The notes below the pieces were generated by a model that was not told where the DNA came from, ran no database searches, and was given only the letters and a program-made list of their open reading frames with translations. The translations under genes were made by a program, and so were the position numbers. Of a stretch of 64,000 nt of DNA, positions 14,926 through 27,726 are shown piece after piece (positions within the stretch are counted from its first letter, which is position 1; the number at the start of each line of letters is the position of its first letter). The DNA lies in NCBI GenBank assembly GCA_964016885.1, contig OZ024743.1, positions 47,368,001 through 47,432,000 of the forward strand, written 5' to 3'. This DNA is from Eledone cirrhosa. Its lineage: Eukaryota.

Positions 14926-15231
14926 CCGTTTTCCATGTGATATGAACTAATAACAAAAAGTTAAAAAATAACCCCTCAACCCTTCTATATTATAAGGATG
15001 CGATAAACACTTTTGATGATTATGTTGTAATTATTTTTTTATCAAATGAATTTCAGTGGCGACCATCTTGTCTTTTATTCAGACGATATCCAATATCTTT
15101 TTCTTTTTTAATGAGGTACAATGGTAACTGAAGGAAATTTGGATTGTATATCTAGCAGGTCATGTGACCACACAATCTCTCCTTAGATGTATGTCAGTGG
15201 AACGCTTTTGTGGATTATTTTTTAATTAACA

Positions 15232-15545
15232 CTTTTGACACCGACACTTTCTGCAGCCGCAACCTGGTGCAGTCTGCGACTAACCCAGGTTCTGCTGCAC
15301 GTCGGGCTGAGGAGGCTAAACTCCTCAAATACCGGTCGCTCTCCGACAGGTTTGCGGTTGTACCCCTGGCAGTGGAGACTTCTGGTGTCCTTGGCCCTAG
15401 GGCTACTCCCTACTCACCACCATAGGCGCTGAGCTGGCCAGCCGCAGGTGTGAGCCCCGCGAGTTGGAGTGGCTTTTCCAGCGCGTCTCCCTTTCTGTCC
15501 TCCGGGGAAACGCCTTCTCCATTCTGACCGCCGGGGCTGTGGCGG
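15232..15545 (+). mobile_element. CRE-clade LINE 3' fragment (restriction-like endonuclease C-terminus)
   Basis: DTF...SAARRAEEAKLLKY..L...F.VVPLAVETSGVLGPRA then frameshift to WLFQRVSLSVLRGNA. Confidence 0.85.
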
Positions 15546-16379
15546 GGGCCCATCGCGTATCATTCCATATTTAGTTGTAGTCGGTGTGTGTGTGTTTGTA
15601 TATATTGCTTTTGTTTTTATTCAGCATCATCTCATTCTTCATTGCTTTTCTTTAATAAAAATAGCACTAATAAAAATTAAAAAAATATTTAAAACACAAC
15701 TGAAACCACCTCTATTTCTATAATACAAAACTGCTCGTTTTAAAGTGTTTATACTTATATCAAATTCTTCCATCATAATTTCTTATAAGGACTTTTTATT
15801 AATATTCCAAACATCAAATTAATAATGAAAAGGTTGGTTATATTACTAAATTCCCCCCATTTCTTTTATCTTCAAAATTTTTTGAAAACCGTAGACAATG
15901 TGTTGCATTAGCAATGATACCGAAATGGCTAAAACCTAGTGAAATGTCATTAAAATGTTTTGGAGGGGTGGTGGTATTGATAGCAGTTCTGTGGTATGAC
16001 TGACTCAACACAGGAAAAAAATACCACATGAAAGCGTTCTGCATATCAAATACCATAACCAATAAGCCACACATACTTAATATAGTAAGTTGAAAAACTT
16101 TGATTAGAAGAAGACAAAAACCTCTGGTGGGTATGTTTAAAATCTAAAAACTCTAAGCAAAGGTGACAACTTCAATAAGATCAGATGATCGACATCTTTT
16201 GAAAGTTAAAAATGATGTAGATTTAGCGAGTCTTGCCTTTCGTATGAACTTACGAGAATACTGGACTTTACTCAAATAAATAAGCTATTCATGCATTGAG
16301 AACTCTTTTTCTCGTTTGCCTTTCTAAACGTAAAACGAATATATATATATAAGGATATCCTTATCCTTAGAAAGGATGA

Positions 16380-16602
16380 AGATCCCATAACTCCTTGTGG
16401 AGTCGTAGAGGCACCGTCATACGGCGTCTCCGGGTCTGAACAGAGTCGATGTTTTTCTATAGAGGAAGAATTGATCCCAGTACTGGAAAGAATAAAAGGC
16501 AAAGTTGATGACCATGGCGGGATTTGAACTCAGAGAACGCAATGAGGTTGGACGAATACCATAAAGCATTTTATCCGACGTCTTAACGACTCTGCCTATT
16601 CG
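16380..16602 (-). mobile_element. SINE family A (diverged) plus hairpin module
   Basis: AAAGGCAAAGTTGA...GGATTTGAACTCAG at about 16495-16535; ACTCCTTGTGGAGT module from 16390. Confidence 0.55.
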
Positions 16603-16643
16603 ACTTTTGTGTATGTATGTATGTATGTATGTATGTATGTATG

Positions 16644-16715
<72 letters not shown>

Positions 16716-16716
<1 letters not shown>

Positions 16717-16835
16717 CAGAGTAATTCGTGGTAGAGGGATGGTCAGTAGGAATGTGTCTGTGAGTGGGGGATATTTTAACATGTTAAAAGATATTTTTCA
16801 GCTCTTGTCTTATACGGAGAAGTGTGTGTGTGTGT

Positions 16836-16909
<74 letters not shown>

Positions 16910-17176
16910 ATGTACGCGTGTGTGTGTGTGTGTGTGTTAATGTACGCGTGTGTATGTGTGTGTGTATATATGTGTGTGTGTGTGTGTGAGAATGTGTGTG
17001 TGTGTGGGTGGACCAGTATTTTTTTCATGGTAAAATGGTGTACATTATTCGATATTTTCAATAAAATCGATTCTCTCAATAGAAGAGCTGAAAAATATCT
17101 TTTAACATGTTAAAATATCCCTCACTCACTTACAGACACATTCCTACTGACCATCCCTCTACCACGAATTACTCTG

Positions 17177-17177
<1 letters not shown>
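16716..17177. mobile_element. MITE-like element with about 92-bp TIRs (16716-16806 / 17083-17177)
   Basis: GCAGAGTAATTCGTGGTAGAGGGATGGTCAGTAGG... exactly mirrored at the right end; internal (GT)n. Confidence 0.75.
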
Positions 17178-17217
<40 letters not shown>

Positions 17218-17724
17218 TCTTAATAGGCATTTGAACTGTCAACAGGCTGCGGTTCGCACACACATCCCTGCTGACCATTATCACAACAACGAACACTTTA
17301 CTACTACTACACACACACACACACACACATATTTGTTGTGAAAGAGTCATTTCTCAGTCAGCCGACACAAACCTACATTTGGCGCAAAATCAATTTTTTA
17401 CATTCACATGACCTCTACCGACCAATCAAAATTGTTTTGACCACAAGAATTTTTGCAACACGAATTGGCGCAAAACTTATTTTAATACCGCTGGAGCCAC
17501 TTTTTTAACATAAAAACAGGTAGAATTCCCAAAACTAATCATATCAGAGCAAACATCACTGACGCTCTATCTCAAAATTATTTTTGAAAAGCATTAGAAA
17601 TGCGCAACCGGTAAAACTTAAAACCAAAACTGAATACTAACCAATACAATTACTAATTCTCACTTATTCCTAATTAAACTATTTTTCACTGTGAACAATT
17701 TGTCAGCATTTTCTATTCCGTTTA

Positions 17725-17799
<75 letters not shown>

Positions 17800-17846
17800 T
17801 CAATGATATTTAATAAATGGAAACTATATTTATAAAACCATATTTA

Positions 17847-17903
17847 TTCTATTATATATATTTCAAGGGTACCAAAACTTTGGTACGCTTTCATCTGATA
17901 AAA
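17847..17903 (-). ncRNA. Hammerhead ribozyme copy with mutated core (CAGATGA)
   Basis: Mirror of 19822-19878 with U4 changed to A in the CUGAUGA box; predicted inactive. Confidence 0.7.
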
Positions 17904-19197
17904 TATAAAGTTTGTTTTATAAATTTTGACTTAACCAAGAAAAGATACCATAACGGTACAAGTTTTTTCTTGGATAGTGAAGGGAAAAGAGAAGAAAAGT
18001 CAGATATTTCAAATTATTAAGATGAGTATGCAAATGAGGTTGAGGTATAGGGCTGAAAAAACGTTATTTTAGACGCTATGCAGAATTTAAATAATTAGGA
18101 TATATGTATGTATGAGTAGGAAGAAGAAGAAAGAAAGAAGAGCTTGTATTTACGTTAATTTAAAAGGAATTAACAATTTGCGGGAATGGTGGAATATGAT
18201 TCCAGAATTTAAATTTATTTAGCTATATTATGAGTTATAATAATTGTATATATATTCAATTAGATTATATGAAGAATTATGGTTGTAAGTAGATTTTATC
18301 TTATTACATTACAATAGGTTGTAAGTATATATATATCTATATAGATTAATAATTGTGCATGTGTAAGTATTATAGAAATAGAAATAATTTACAATTATTA
18401 GTTGTTTATATTTCTAATATGAGTTACGAAGGATGTTGATTTTGCATTTATATTAAAAAAAACACATAGTTCAAGTTGTAAGAGGAGAACAATTTGTAGA
18501 TTCAAATATTTTGTTCCAATATTAAAATTGTTTTCAGAATATTGTTAATTTAGCGAAGTTATATAGTTTATCATACATATTATATTATAATATAATGTTT
18601 ATGTTTGCACGATTGAAAAGGGAAAGATAACTCCAATCTTGTTTGTTAACCGTTAAATTTGATGAATGATTTACTCAGAAAATATATTGAGAAAATTATA
18701 TATTATTTTGTGTGAGATTATTTTAGTCGAAAGATGTGTGAAAGTTTGAAGATCAAAAGAAGAGGAAAAAAGTAAAGTGCATTTCGAAGAACTATCGTAA
18801 AGAGGATAAACTTTCAGAATGTCAATTAAAGATTATCAATCTACATCTACAAAAATATATTTAGAGGGGTATCATTAGGAAAATAATGTCAAAAGGTAAA
18901 AATAGTAAAAAAGTATATTAAAAAATTAATGTCAAATGGTAAAAATAGTAGAAATATTAAGAACATTAAGAAGGAAGATCATTTAAAAAATTTAAATTTA
19001 ATTTTTTAAAGAAAATAGGATCATTTTGAAGGTGGTATAAGATATAGTCAAATGTAATGAATATTATAAATTAAAAATACTTCTGAAAGTGAAATTTTGG
19101 CGATGTCTGCAAGTAGAAAATAATTCTGTTTTAAGATTAATAGAGCTTTGACAATTAATTATATAAAAAATTTCTTCGATACACATGCACAATTATT

Positions 19198-19370
19198 TTG
19201 GCAGTATCGGTGGAGGGTCAGACATGCTTTCCAGCATAGTTACGTCCCTTTACGATCTGAGTTCAAATCCCACCGAGGTTAACTTTGCCTTTCATCCTTA
19301 CGAGGTCGATAAAATAAAGTACCAGTAATGTACTGGGTTATTGCTGGCCTTGTGCCAAAAGTAGAAACAA
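19198..19370 (+). mobile_element. SINE family A inserted at the inner end of the right inverted arm
   Basis: Family A consensus; diverged TSD TTTCTTC..ATACACA..CACAATTATT on both sides. Confidence 0.88.
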
Positions 19371-19821
19371 TTTCTTCTTTATACACACACAATTATTAAT
19401 CTATATAGATATATATATACTTACAACCTATTGTAATGTAATAAGATAAAATCTACTTACAACCATAATTCTTCATATAATCTAATTGAATATATATACA
19501 ATTATTATAACTCATAATATAGCTAAATAAATTTAAATTCTGGAATCATATTCCACCATTCCCGCAAATTGTTAATTCCTTTTAAATTAGCGTAAATACA
19601 AGCTCTTCTTTCTTCTTCTTCCTACTCATACATACATATATCCTAATTATTTAAATTCTGCATAGCGTCTAAAATAACGTTTTTTCAGCCCTTTGCATAC
19701 ACATCTTAATAATTTGAAATATCTGACTTTTCTTCTCTTTTCCCTTCACTATCCAAGAAAAACTTGTACCGTTATGGTATCTTTTCTTGGTTATGTCAAA
19801 ATTTATAAAACAAACTTTATA

Positions 19822-19878
19822 TTTTATCTGATGAAAGCGTACCAAAATGTTGGTACCCTTGAAATATATATAATAGAA
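19822..19878 (+). ncRNA. Type I hammerhead ribozyme (PLE pLTR)
   Basis: TTTTAT-CTGATGA-AAGcGTACCAA(aatg)TTGGTACcCTT-GAA-ATATATAT-A/ATAGAA. Confidence 0.85.
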
Positions 19879-20196
19879 TAAATATATATATATATATTAA
19901 TTATATCGAGCCAGACAAATTAGATTTCCTCTAGGGTCGTCGTCTTTTACTCACTCCATGATTTTTACAAAAATCGTATGTTGTAAATACTAATTTTCAT
20001 ATCAGAGTGGACACAATACGTTACATAGTGATAAATGGATGTGTGGGAACACAAAGAATGGTCCGGACTGTATAGTTTCATCACCCCGTCCTGTGAGCAG
20101 CTGATGCACCAGCAAACCTACATGTTATTTTAAACAGAAACTACGTAGAAAGCCCACGTAGTCAGGACCGACTCTGTGCGCGCACGCGTGTGTGTA

Positions 20197-20233
<37 letters not shown>

Positions 20234-20252
20234 GCGCGTGTGTGTGTGTGTG

Positions 20253-20306
<54 letters not shown>

Positions 20307-20644
20307 TGTGTGTGCGCGTGTGTGTACGGAGATACGTGAGAGTATTTCTCTGTATTTGTGTATATTTGTAAATGCATATTCGAACGTTTAGGAGACTTAA
20401 AAAGACATTTGAAACAACTAGTACTACATACAGCAATAATGCTTTTGGTAAGGATGTTGAATGAAGATAGGAGAAGATGATTCGCCGAAAGATGGTGGTG
20501 TGATTACCCGCTCCATCGTAACACAACAAACAGTATCACACATAGAGGTACGTGCCCTTGTATCTGAGGTTGTGTGTTCTAATTGTAGAAGTCGGCTATA
20601 GAACTGGGCTATCTGCATGACTCCACTTGAGAATTTTAAAAGAC

Positions 20645-21040
20645 GACTACAGTAACATCAGCAACAGTAGTTACAAAAGCATCAACAACAGCAATATTTA
20701 CAACAATAACAGCAACAACAACACCAATACCATCACCACCAACAACATTGCTAACAACAACAACAACAACACCTCTAACCACCACCACCACCACCTCCAC
20801 CACAACAATAACAACATCTCTAACCACCACTACCACCACCACCACCACTACCACAACAACAACACCTCTAACCACCACCACCACCACCACCACTACCACC
20901 ACCACTACAACAAAAACAACACCTCAAACCACCACCATCACAACAACACCACCACCACCACTACCACCACTACCACAACAACACCACCACCACCACCACA
21001 ACAACAACACCACCACCACCACCACCACAACAACAACAAG
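20645..21040. repeat. (CAA)/(CAC) trinucleotide low-complexity tract
   Basis: Direct inspection. Confidence 0.95.
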
Positions 21041-21046
21041 ACTATC

Positions 21047-21137
21047 ATGAAATGTAGACAGCCAGCTGTTAAGTCTGTCTTGTGTTATGTCACTGTCTTG
21101 TATCTTCTCGGTGGTCTGCCAGATGGCATTCAATATG
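21047..21137 (+). CDS. Putative first coding exon encoding a signal peptide (MKCRQPAVKSVLCYVTVLYLLGGLPDGIQY-)
   Basis: ATC-ATG start (A at -3), basic n-region, hydrophobic h-region, phase-1 donor G|GTTAGG; unique sequence between microsatellites; no downstream exon identified. Confidence 0.45.
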
Positions 21138-21197
21138 GTTAGGGAGTAGTTCTCCAATACTTGAAAAGAATTGTCTACATGTATGTATGTATGTATG

Positions 21198-21264
<67 letters not shown>

Positions 21265-21558
21265 GCATGTTCTCTCTTTTTCTTAATTTTAAGTTTATTT
21301 ACAACCTCGCCACCGAGAAGCGTTTATCCTTCGAATCGTAAGAATGTTTTACAAATTTCGAAGGTTCCAGATATCGCAGCCATTTCTAGTTTATGAATTA
21401 AAGAGCGATGTTTTTGTTTGTTTGTTTGTTTGTTTTTCTCACAAATCCAAGTTCAGTTATCCTCTGGTCCAGGTGGGTTGGTATATGACCAGTAGCTCCA
21501 ATAACGAGTATGAAACTGAACGTAGATTCGAAAACCCCCCCCCCCCCCTCATCAATGG

Positions 21559-21757
21559 TCAAATTGACTAACAAAATATTCAAATAACAACCCAAAATAT
21601 TCAAATTGACCCACAAAATATTCAAATTGACTAATAAAATATTCGAATAACCACCCAAAATATTCAAATTGCCACCCAAAATATTCAAATTGACTAATAA
21701 AATATTCAAATAACCACCCCAAATATTCAAATTGACCCACAAAATATTTAAATTTCC
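21559..21757. repeat. Imperfect 20-21-bp minisatellite (AAAATATTCAAATTGAC...)
   Basis: About 9-10 tandem units seen directly. Confidence 0.85.
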
Positions 21758-22011
21758 CCACGCTTAGAATGACTGGTCAAGTTAGTGTCTTACGTTTCTC
21801 CATCTGATGTGACATATGACCTTCGTTAGTAGGTTAGCGTGTCATTAAAAGCCTCCTAAGATATGCCATAGCTCACTGAGTCATTATAGCTCGGTGGTGC
21901 AGTGTCCAGTCTCAGATTACCAGCGCTGCTTCTTATTGTTGTCGTATTACTCATTAGAAGTTAAGTCGTGTACTCATCACAAAACAAGTGTCAGCTGCTG
22001 ATATAGCAGAC

Positions 22012-22057
<46 letters not shown>

Positions 22058-22121
22058 CGCGTGTGTGTGTGTGCATGTGTACAGACAGATAGATAGATAG
22101 ATAGATATATTTCTTTCTTTA

Positions 22122-22985
22122 TTTCTTTATTTGCCACAAGGGCGCACGAGAAAAGGTACAATACAAGGACATATGTCGGGGATTTTACATACAATCGTGT
22201 AAAAAACATTTTCAACAAACAAATTTAACAATCGAAATCCCCAATAGGAGGAAGGCATTACAAATGGGTTGTTTAATACCCCGTCGATAGAACAACCCTC
22301 AACTCCAAGAGCGTTTTGTGCAAGTGGTCCTTTCTTCCTTTTGCTCTCTTCTTCAACCTATAGGTTTATATACAGAGAAGGTCCAATCACTCGGGCCATT
22401 TTTGCTACATTCACCCACCTTTCAATAAATTTACTGGGGTGCAGTGCCTCTCTCTCCGCTCTGATTCTCCTTTTTAAGTGGTACCTAAAGAAGGGATTGA
22501 GTTATTGTCCGGAGAGAAAGACATCTGTCCTCAGTCCTCTCAATCTCGTCCACCATATAATCTCTTTTACCATAGCCACTGTACAGAGGAAAACTGCCTC
22601 TCTTTCGTTTTTGAAAGAGGCTGGCGGTTTGATCCTTACTATGGACTCGGCAGTCAACTGGATTTGTCCATACGCGACAGCAGTTGTTCTGCGTAGTTCC
22701 ACAAGTCGGTTACGCCCGGGCGGTGTACAATTGCGTGCAGGACGGTTTCAATGTCCTGCTCGAATCTTGGACACGTCCTCTTTAAAGGATTCCTGCCTGT
22801 AGATCTTGTCTCGATCGGGTAGAGTTCCTCGGTAGCACTGCCAGGCCAAGGATCTTTGGAAGTTGTCCATAGGAAAGTTCTACCGAATAGATTGGTGAGC
22901 TCGTCGTCTTCAACGCCCAGAGTCTCTCCGATCACGTCGTCAAACTTGTGACGTGCTAACCCTCTATAGAATGTCGAATGGAGTA
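22122..22985 (-). mobile_element. Tx1-clade LINE 3' fragment (same family as 27703-32970)
   Basis: Reverse complement closely matches 32096-32970; (TAGA)n on both sides. Confidence 0.92.
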
Positions 22986-23018
22986 CATAGATAGAAAGGT
23001 AGATAGATATATAGATAC

Positions 23019-23738
23019 ACACTGTACAATGCAGTTCGTAAAAAGATAGCCCCGATAATAAACACATTAAAAGCTACAGCAATGTGGAATACATACATAT
23101 ACATAATATGAAAGAGTACTGGTGGAATGTTCCAGTAAAAACCCCAATAAAATGCAGGCATAACAGACCAGATATTATGATATGGGGCAGGGAGAAGAAA
23201 GCATGCACAGTATTGGAAATTAGCTGCCCAGCAGATGCCAAAATAATATCAAAGATTAGCGAAAAGGAGAATATTTATGCAGAGGATATTTATGCAGAGA
23301 AATCTGCAGATACTCCACCCTGATTACACCTTCAGATTTATGCCTGTGATTATTGGGGCACTGGGGTATGTTAGTAACTGCCTTAATACAAATCTTGAGA
23401 AGCTAGGCTTCATGGGAACAGAAAGAACACAACTAGTTAGGAAATTACAAGTACAATACATTAATGGAACAGTAAAAATATGTAAAACATTCCAAAAATG
23501 TTGCATCTAATAACTGCATATACACATGTAAGAGGCAAAGTATATACACATGCACACATACAACTCAAAACATCCACATCCACACATACAATAACACCCA
23601 TATTTACACATGCATGCATACATAATCTACCTAGTTGATGTTGTGTAAATTCCAATGAGAGTGTCTTGTGTCTATGTTAGAAACCGACTCTCTCTCTATT
23701 GGGAAAAAATTTGTGAAATTATAAAACCAGAAAAACAT
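23019..23738 (+). mobile_element. R4/Dong-like LINE 3' fragment (RLE domain plus 3' UTR)
   Basis: Near-identical to 25566-26280; HNRPDI..EISCP motif; (CATA)n downstream. Confidence 0.92.
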
Positions 23739-24044
23739 ACATACACACATACATACATACATACATACATACATACATACATACATACATACATACATAC
23801 ATACATACATACATACATACATACATACATGCATGCAGAACTTTGATTTGTGGACAAAGAGCGCAGCTACCTAATTCATAGACTACAGCGATAGCTGAGG
23901 CCTAAATTTGCAAAACATTCTTGCGATTCAAGGGATGACAATTTCTTTTCTTTTACAACCTTGCCACCTGGAAGATGGCGGGTCAAAAATGTACTCGAAA
24001 TTAAGAGAAAGAGAAACATACAAATACGCATACATACATACATG

Positions 24045-24122
<78 letters not shown>

Positions 24123-24138
24123 TACATACATACATACA

Positions 24139-24168
<30 letters not shown>

Positions 24169-24169
<1 letters not shown>

Positions 24170-26280
24170 GTTCCCCACGTTTCTGTTCCCCACTCTAGGA
24201 TGATAGAGGCCCTCAAACTTGCTAAAGTCCCAGACATTATTGTCAGAGCCATAAAGAGGCTGTCTTCTTCTTGGCCTACTATCCTAAGGTTAAAGACAGG
24301 GAGGGAGGGCTCTATTCTCACTGATAAAATAAAATATTGCAGGGGTATATTTCAGGGCGACAGTCTGTCTGTGATATTATTCATCTTGTCATTAAACCCC
24401 TTGTCCTTTCTGCTCAAGAAATGTGAGGGATACATCATTGGCTCACAGGAGGACAGAAATACGAACCTAACCCATAATTTCTTTGTGGACGATCTGAAAC
24501 TCTATGCCAAGAACATGGATGAGATGAAGAAAAATCTTGACCTGGTTACAACGTTCTCAAAGGATATAGGAATGGAGTTTGACCAAGATAAATGCTCATA
24601 CATGACTGTAAAGCGGGGAAAAACAACAACCCAATCTAGCAACATTGTCATCAATGGCCTAACTGTTTCACCGATATCTGATGAGGACTGCTACAGATAC
24701 CTGGGGATAGATGAGAACATATCCTATAATGGTATCTGTAATAAAGAACGTGTAACCAAGGAATACTACACCCGATTAAGAAAGATCTGGTCATCGGAAC
24801 TCTCTGCGCAAAACAAAACAGTGGCTCACAATGTGTTTGCTATGCCTGTCCTAACACCAACGTTTGGAATACTCAATTGGACGATAGACGAAATCCGAGC
24901 AGTTGATGTTGGAACTCGAAAAATACTAAACAACACCGGAAACTTCCACATCGACAGTGACATAGACCGCCTTTACTTGAAACGTAAGCAGGGGGCCAGA
25001 GGCCTAACATCAGTCCAGACAACATTTGAATGTCGCATCATATCTCTCCGACAACATCTACGAACCTGGAAGCGTAGGAGCCCGTTTCTCGAGCAAGTCT
25101 ATCTGCATGAAATAGATAAGATCATGAGAGTTGGGAACGAACTCCTCGAGAGATATTCCCTGTGTCATAATCAAAAACTCACACCCAGGGATGTCGCTCA
25201 GCAGTATCGCAGTGAATCCATGGATGAAAAACTGCATGTTTATCAGCAAAAAATCATGCATGGATATGTTGCCAGGAAGCTCAAGAGTGAGAGTAATATA
25301 GATAAGGAAAGTAGTCTATCTTGGACCAACAACCGCTATATTGGCTCCAACTTTGAAGGATACGCTTTTGCAATCCAGGAACAGGAGATTAACACGAAAT
25401 ACCTGATTCACAAAAGAGATAGGGATGCAGGCAAAACACCTAGATGTGATAACAAGTGCAGACTCTGAAGAACTAACATCGAGGATATCACCCATGTCAT
25501 CAGTAGCTGTCCAAAGATGTCATCGCGGTACTATCTACCTATGAGGCATGATGTAGTGGCCAAAACACTGTACAATGCAGTTCGTGAAAAAGATAACCCC
25601 GATAATAAACACATTAAAAGTTACAGCAATGTGGAAGACATCCATGTACATAATATGAAAGAGTACTGGTGGAATGTTCCAGTAAAAACCCCAATAAAAT
25701 GCAGGCATAACAGACCAGATATTATGATATGAGACAGGTAGAAGAAAGCATGCACAGTAGTGGAAATTAGCTGCCCAGCAGATGCCAATATAATATCAAA
25801 GATTAGTGAAAAGGAGAATATTTATGCAGAACTGATAAGAAATCTGCAGATACTCCACCCTGAATATACCTTCAGATTTATGCCTGTGATTATTGGGGCA
25901 CTGGGATATGTTAGTAACTGCCTCAATACAAATCTTGAGAAGCTAGGCTTCACAGGAACAGAAAGAACACAACTAGTTAGGAAATTACAAGTACAATCCA
26001 TTAATGGAACAGTAAAAATATGTAAAACATTCCAAACATTTTGCATCTAATAACTGCATATACACATGTACAGATGCAAAGCATATACACATGCACACAT
26101 ACAACTCAAAACATACACATCCACACATACAATAACATCCATATCTACACATGCATGCATACATACATATTTACCTAGTTGATGTTGTGTAAATTCCAAT
26201 GAGAGTGTCTTGTGTCTATGTTAGAAACCGACTCTCTCTCTGTTGGTAAAACTTTGTGAAATTATAAAACCAGAAGAACA
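24169..26280 (+). mobile_element. R4/Dong-like (RLE) LINE, 5'-truncated: RT, CCHC finger, restriction-like endonuclease; three in-frame stops
   Basis: GIFQGDSLS, FFVDDLK, YRYLGI, RKQGARGL, CRL*..EDITHVISSC, RHD, RPDI, EISCP; ORF 24200-26050 interrupted. Confidence 0.93.
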
Positions 26281-26317
26281 TACATACATAATACATACAT
26301 ACATACATACATGTTGA

Positions 26318-26520
26318 TTGCTACTTCTTGTCAGAATAGTGGCACATCTTTATTAAACATACATACATATATATACATACATACATGATGGCTGCCCCCT
26401 CGTTATCGAGTATGGCCATTGCTACTTCTTGTCAGAATAGTGGCACATCTTTATTGAACATACATACATATATACATACATACATGATGGCTGCCCCTCG
26501 TTATCGAGTATGGCCATTGC
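26318..26520. repeat. About 100-bp tandem duplication of an element 3' end plus (CATA)n
   Basis: TTGCTACTTCTTGTCAGAATAG...GATGGCTGCCCC(C)TCGTTATCGAGTATGGCCA present twice. Confidence 0.85.
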
Positions 26521-27235
26521 ACGATATACCATTATTAATAATTATTAATCAATTCTATCGTTCAATGCCTGTGCGTGAAGATATTTTTTAAAGTGAGGAA
26601 AGACTGTGCCCTGAGCCAATCCCACTCTCTGAGCGACAGTAGCTATAACCCGAAAAGAAGAAAAGATCAACATCATCGGTAACTACTGAGCCGCAGGTTT
26701 TATGTCGGTTATCCCAGTTTCCTGAGTTGCCTTCTCCTAGAAGAATGCCCTGACAAAGGCTACGGGTCCTTCACTCCCAGTGGTCTAACCGCGCGATCAG
26801 GTATCCAGCCCGACTATTTCTATGTCCCCGCGCATAAACACATGCATACATGTATATACATATATACATATACACATATATACATATATACACACATAAA
26901 TACATATATACATACATACATATACACATATATACATATATACACACATAAGTACATATATACATACATACATACATATATACATACATATATACATACA
27001 TATATACACACAAGAATACATATGTACATACATATATACATACATACATACATACATACATACACACACATACATGCATACATACATATATACATATATA
27101 CATATATACATACTTACATATATACACACACAAAACTCGACACTTCTGAGTGTGCATATGAGTACCTCTACTTCTCTCCAAACACACACACACACACACA
27201 CATACACACACACATACACACACGCGCGCACACAC

Positions 27236-27294
<59 letters not shown>

Positions 27295-27726
27295 CACTCA
27301 TACATACGTAAGTACATACACACGTGCACATACGTGCCTGTGTGTATGTGTGAGTGTATACGTACGTACCTGCGTGTGTGTGTATGTATGAGTGTGTACG
27401 TAGGTAGGTGTGTGTGTGTATGTAGGTGTGTGGGGGAGGTGTCCAATATTGCTCATTAGTGTACATTTGGCTCAAAGACGAACAAAAGATTACGAAGCAG
27501 GGTAGAGAGGGGGGAAGGAGGGGGAGGGGAACACTTGAGTTAGTAATAGCACTTCCAAGTGACAAGGTTGAATGATGTATTTGATGTGGCAAGCTGGTTA
27601 AATTCACGTGGTGCCTGACCAACGATTATAGTTTAAGCAAGGATTTATTACGTTGGTTTATCTTGGTGCATATGTACATAGACACATATCTACCTATCTA
27701 TCAACAAAACTTCGTTTCGTAAAGAA

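Larger units (their letters stand above)
17841..19885. mobile_element. Element with about 520-bp inverted arms ending in hammerheads (probable PLE with inverted pLTRs)
   Basis: 17841-18365 is the reverse complement of about 19381-19885; each outer end carries the same HHR motif; (TA)n flanks. Confidence 0.8.

Noticed and set aside
20636-21268. Poly-Thr and poly-Val ORFs as mucin-like or membrane proteins
   Set aside because: Alternative frames of a CAC/CAA tract starting at non-ATG or repeat-embedded codons
25466-25468. TGA at the second Cys of the R4-like CCHC finger as possible selenocysteine
   Set aside because: The same copy has further stops (TGA at a Trp and TAG at a Glu that are sense codons in the sister copy); ordinary decay is simpler and no SECIS was seen
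26725-26815. HDV-like ribozyme in the 5' part of the bipartite element
   Set aside because: Could not build the nested double pseudoknot by eye
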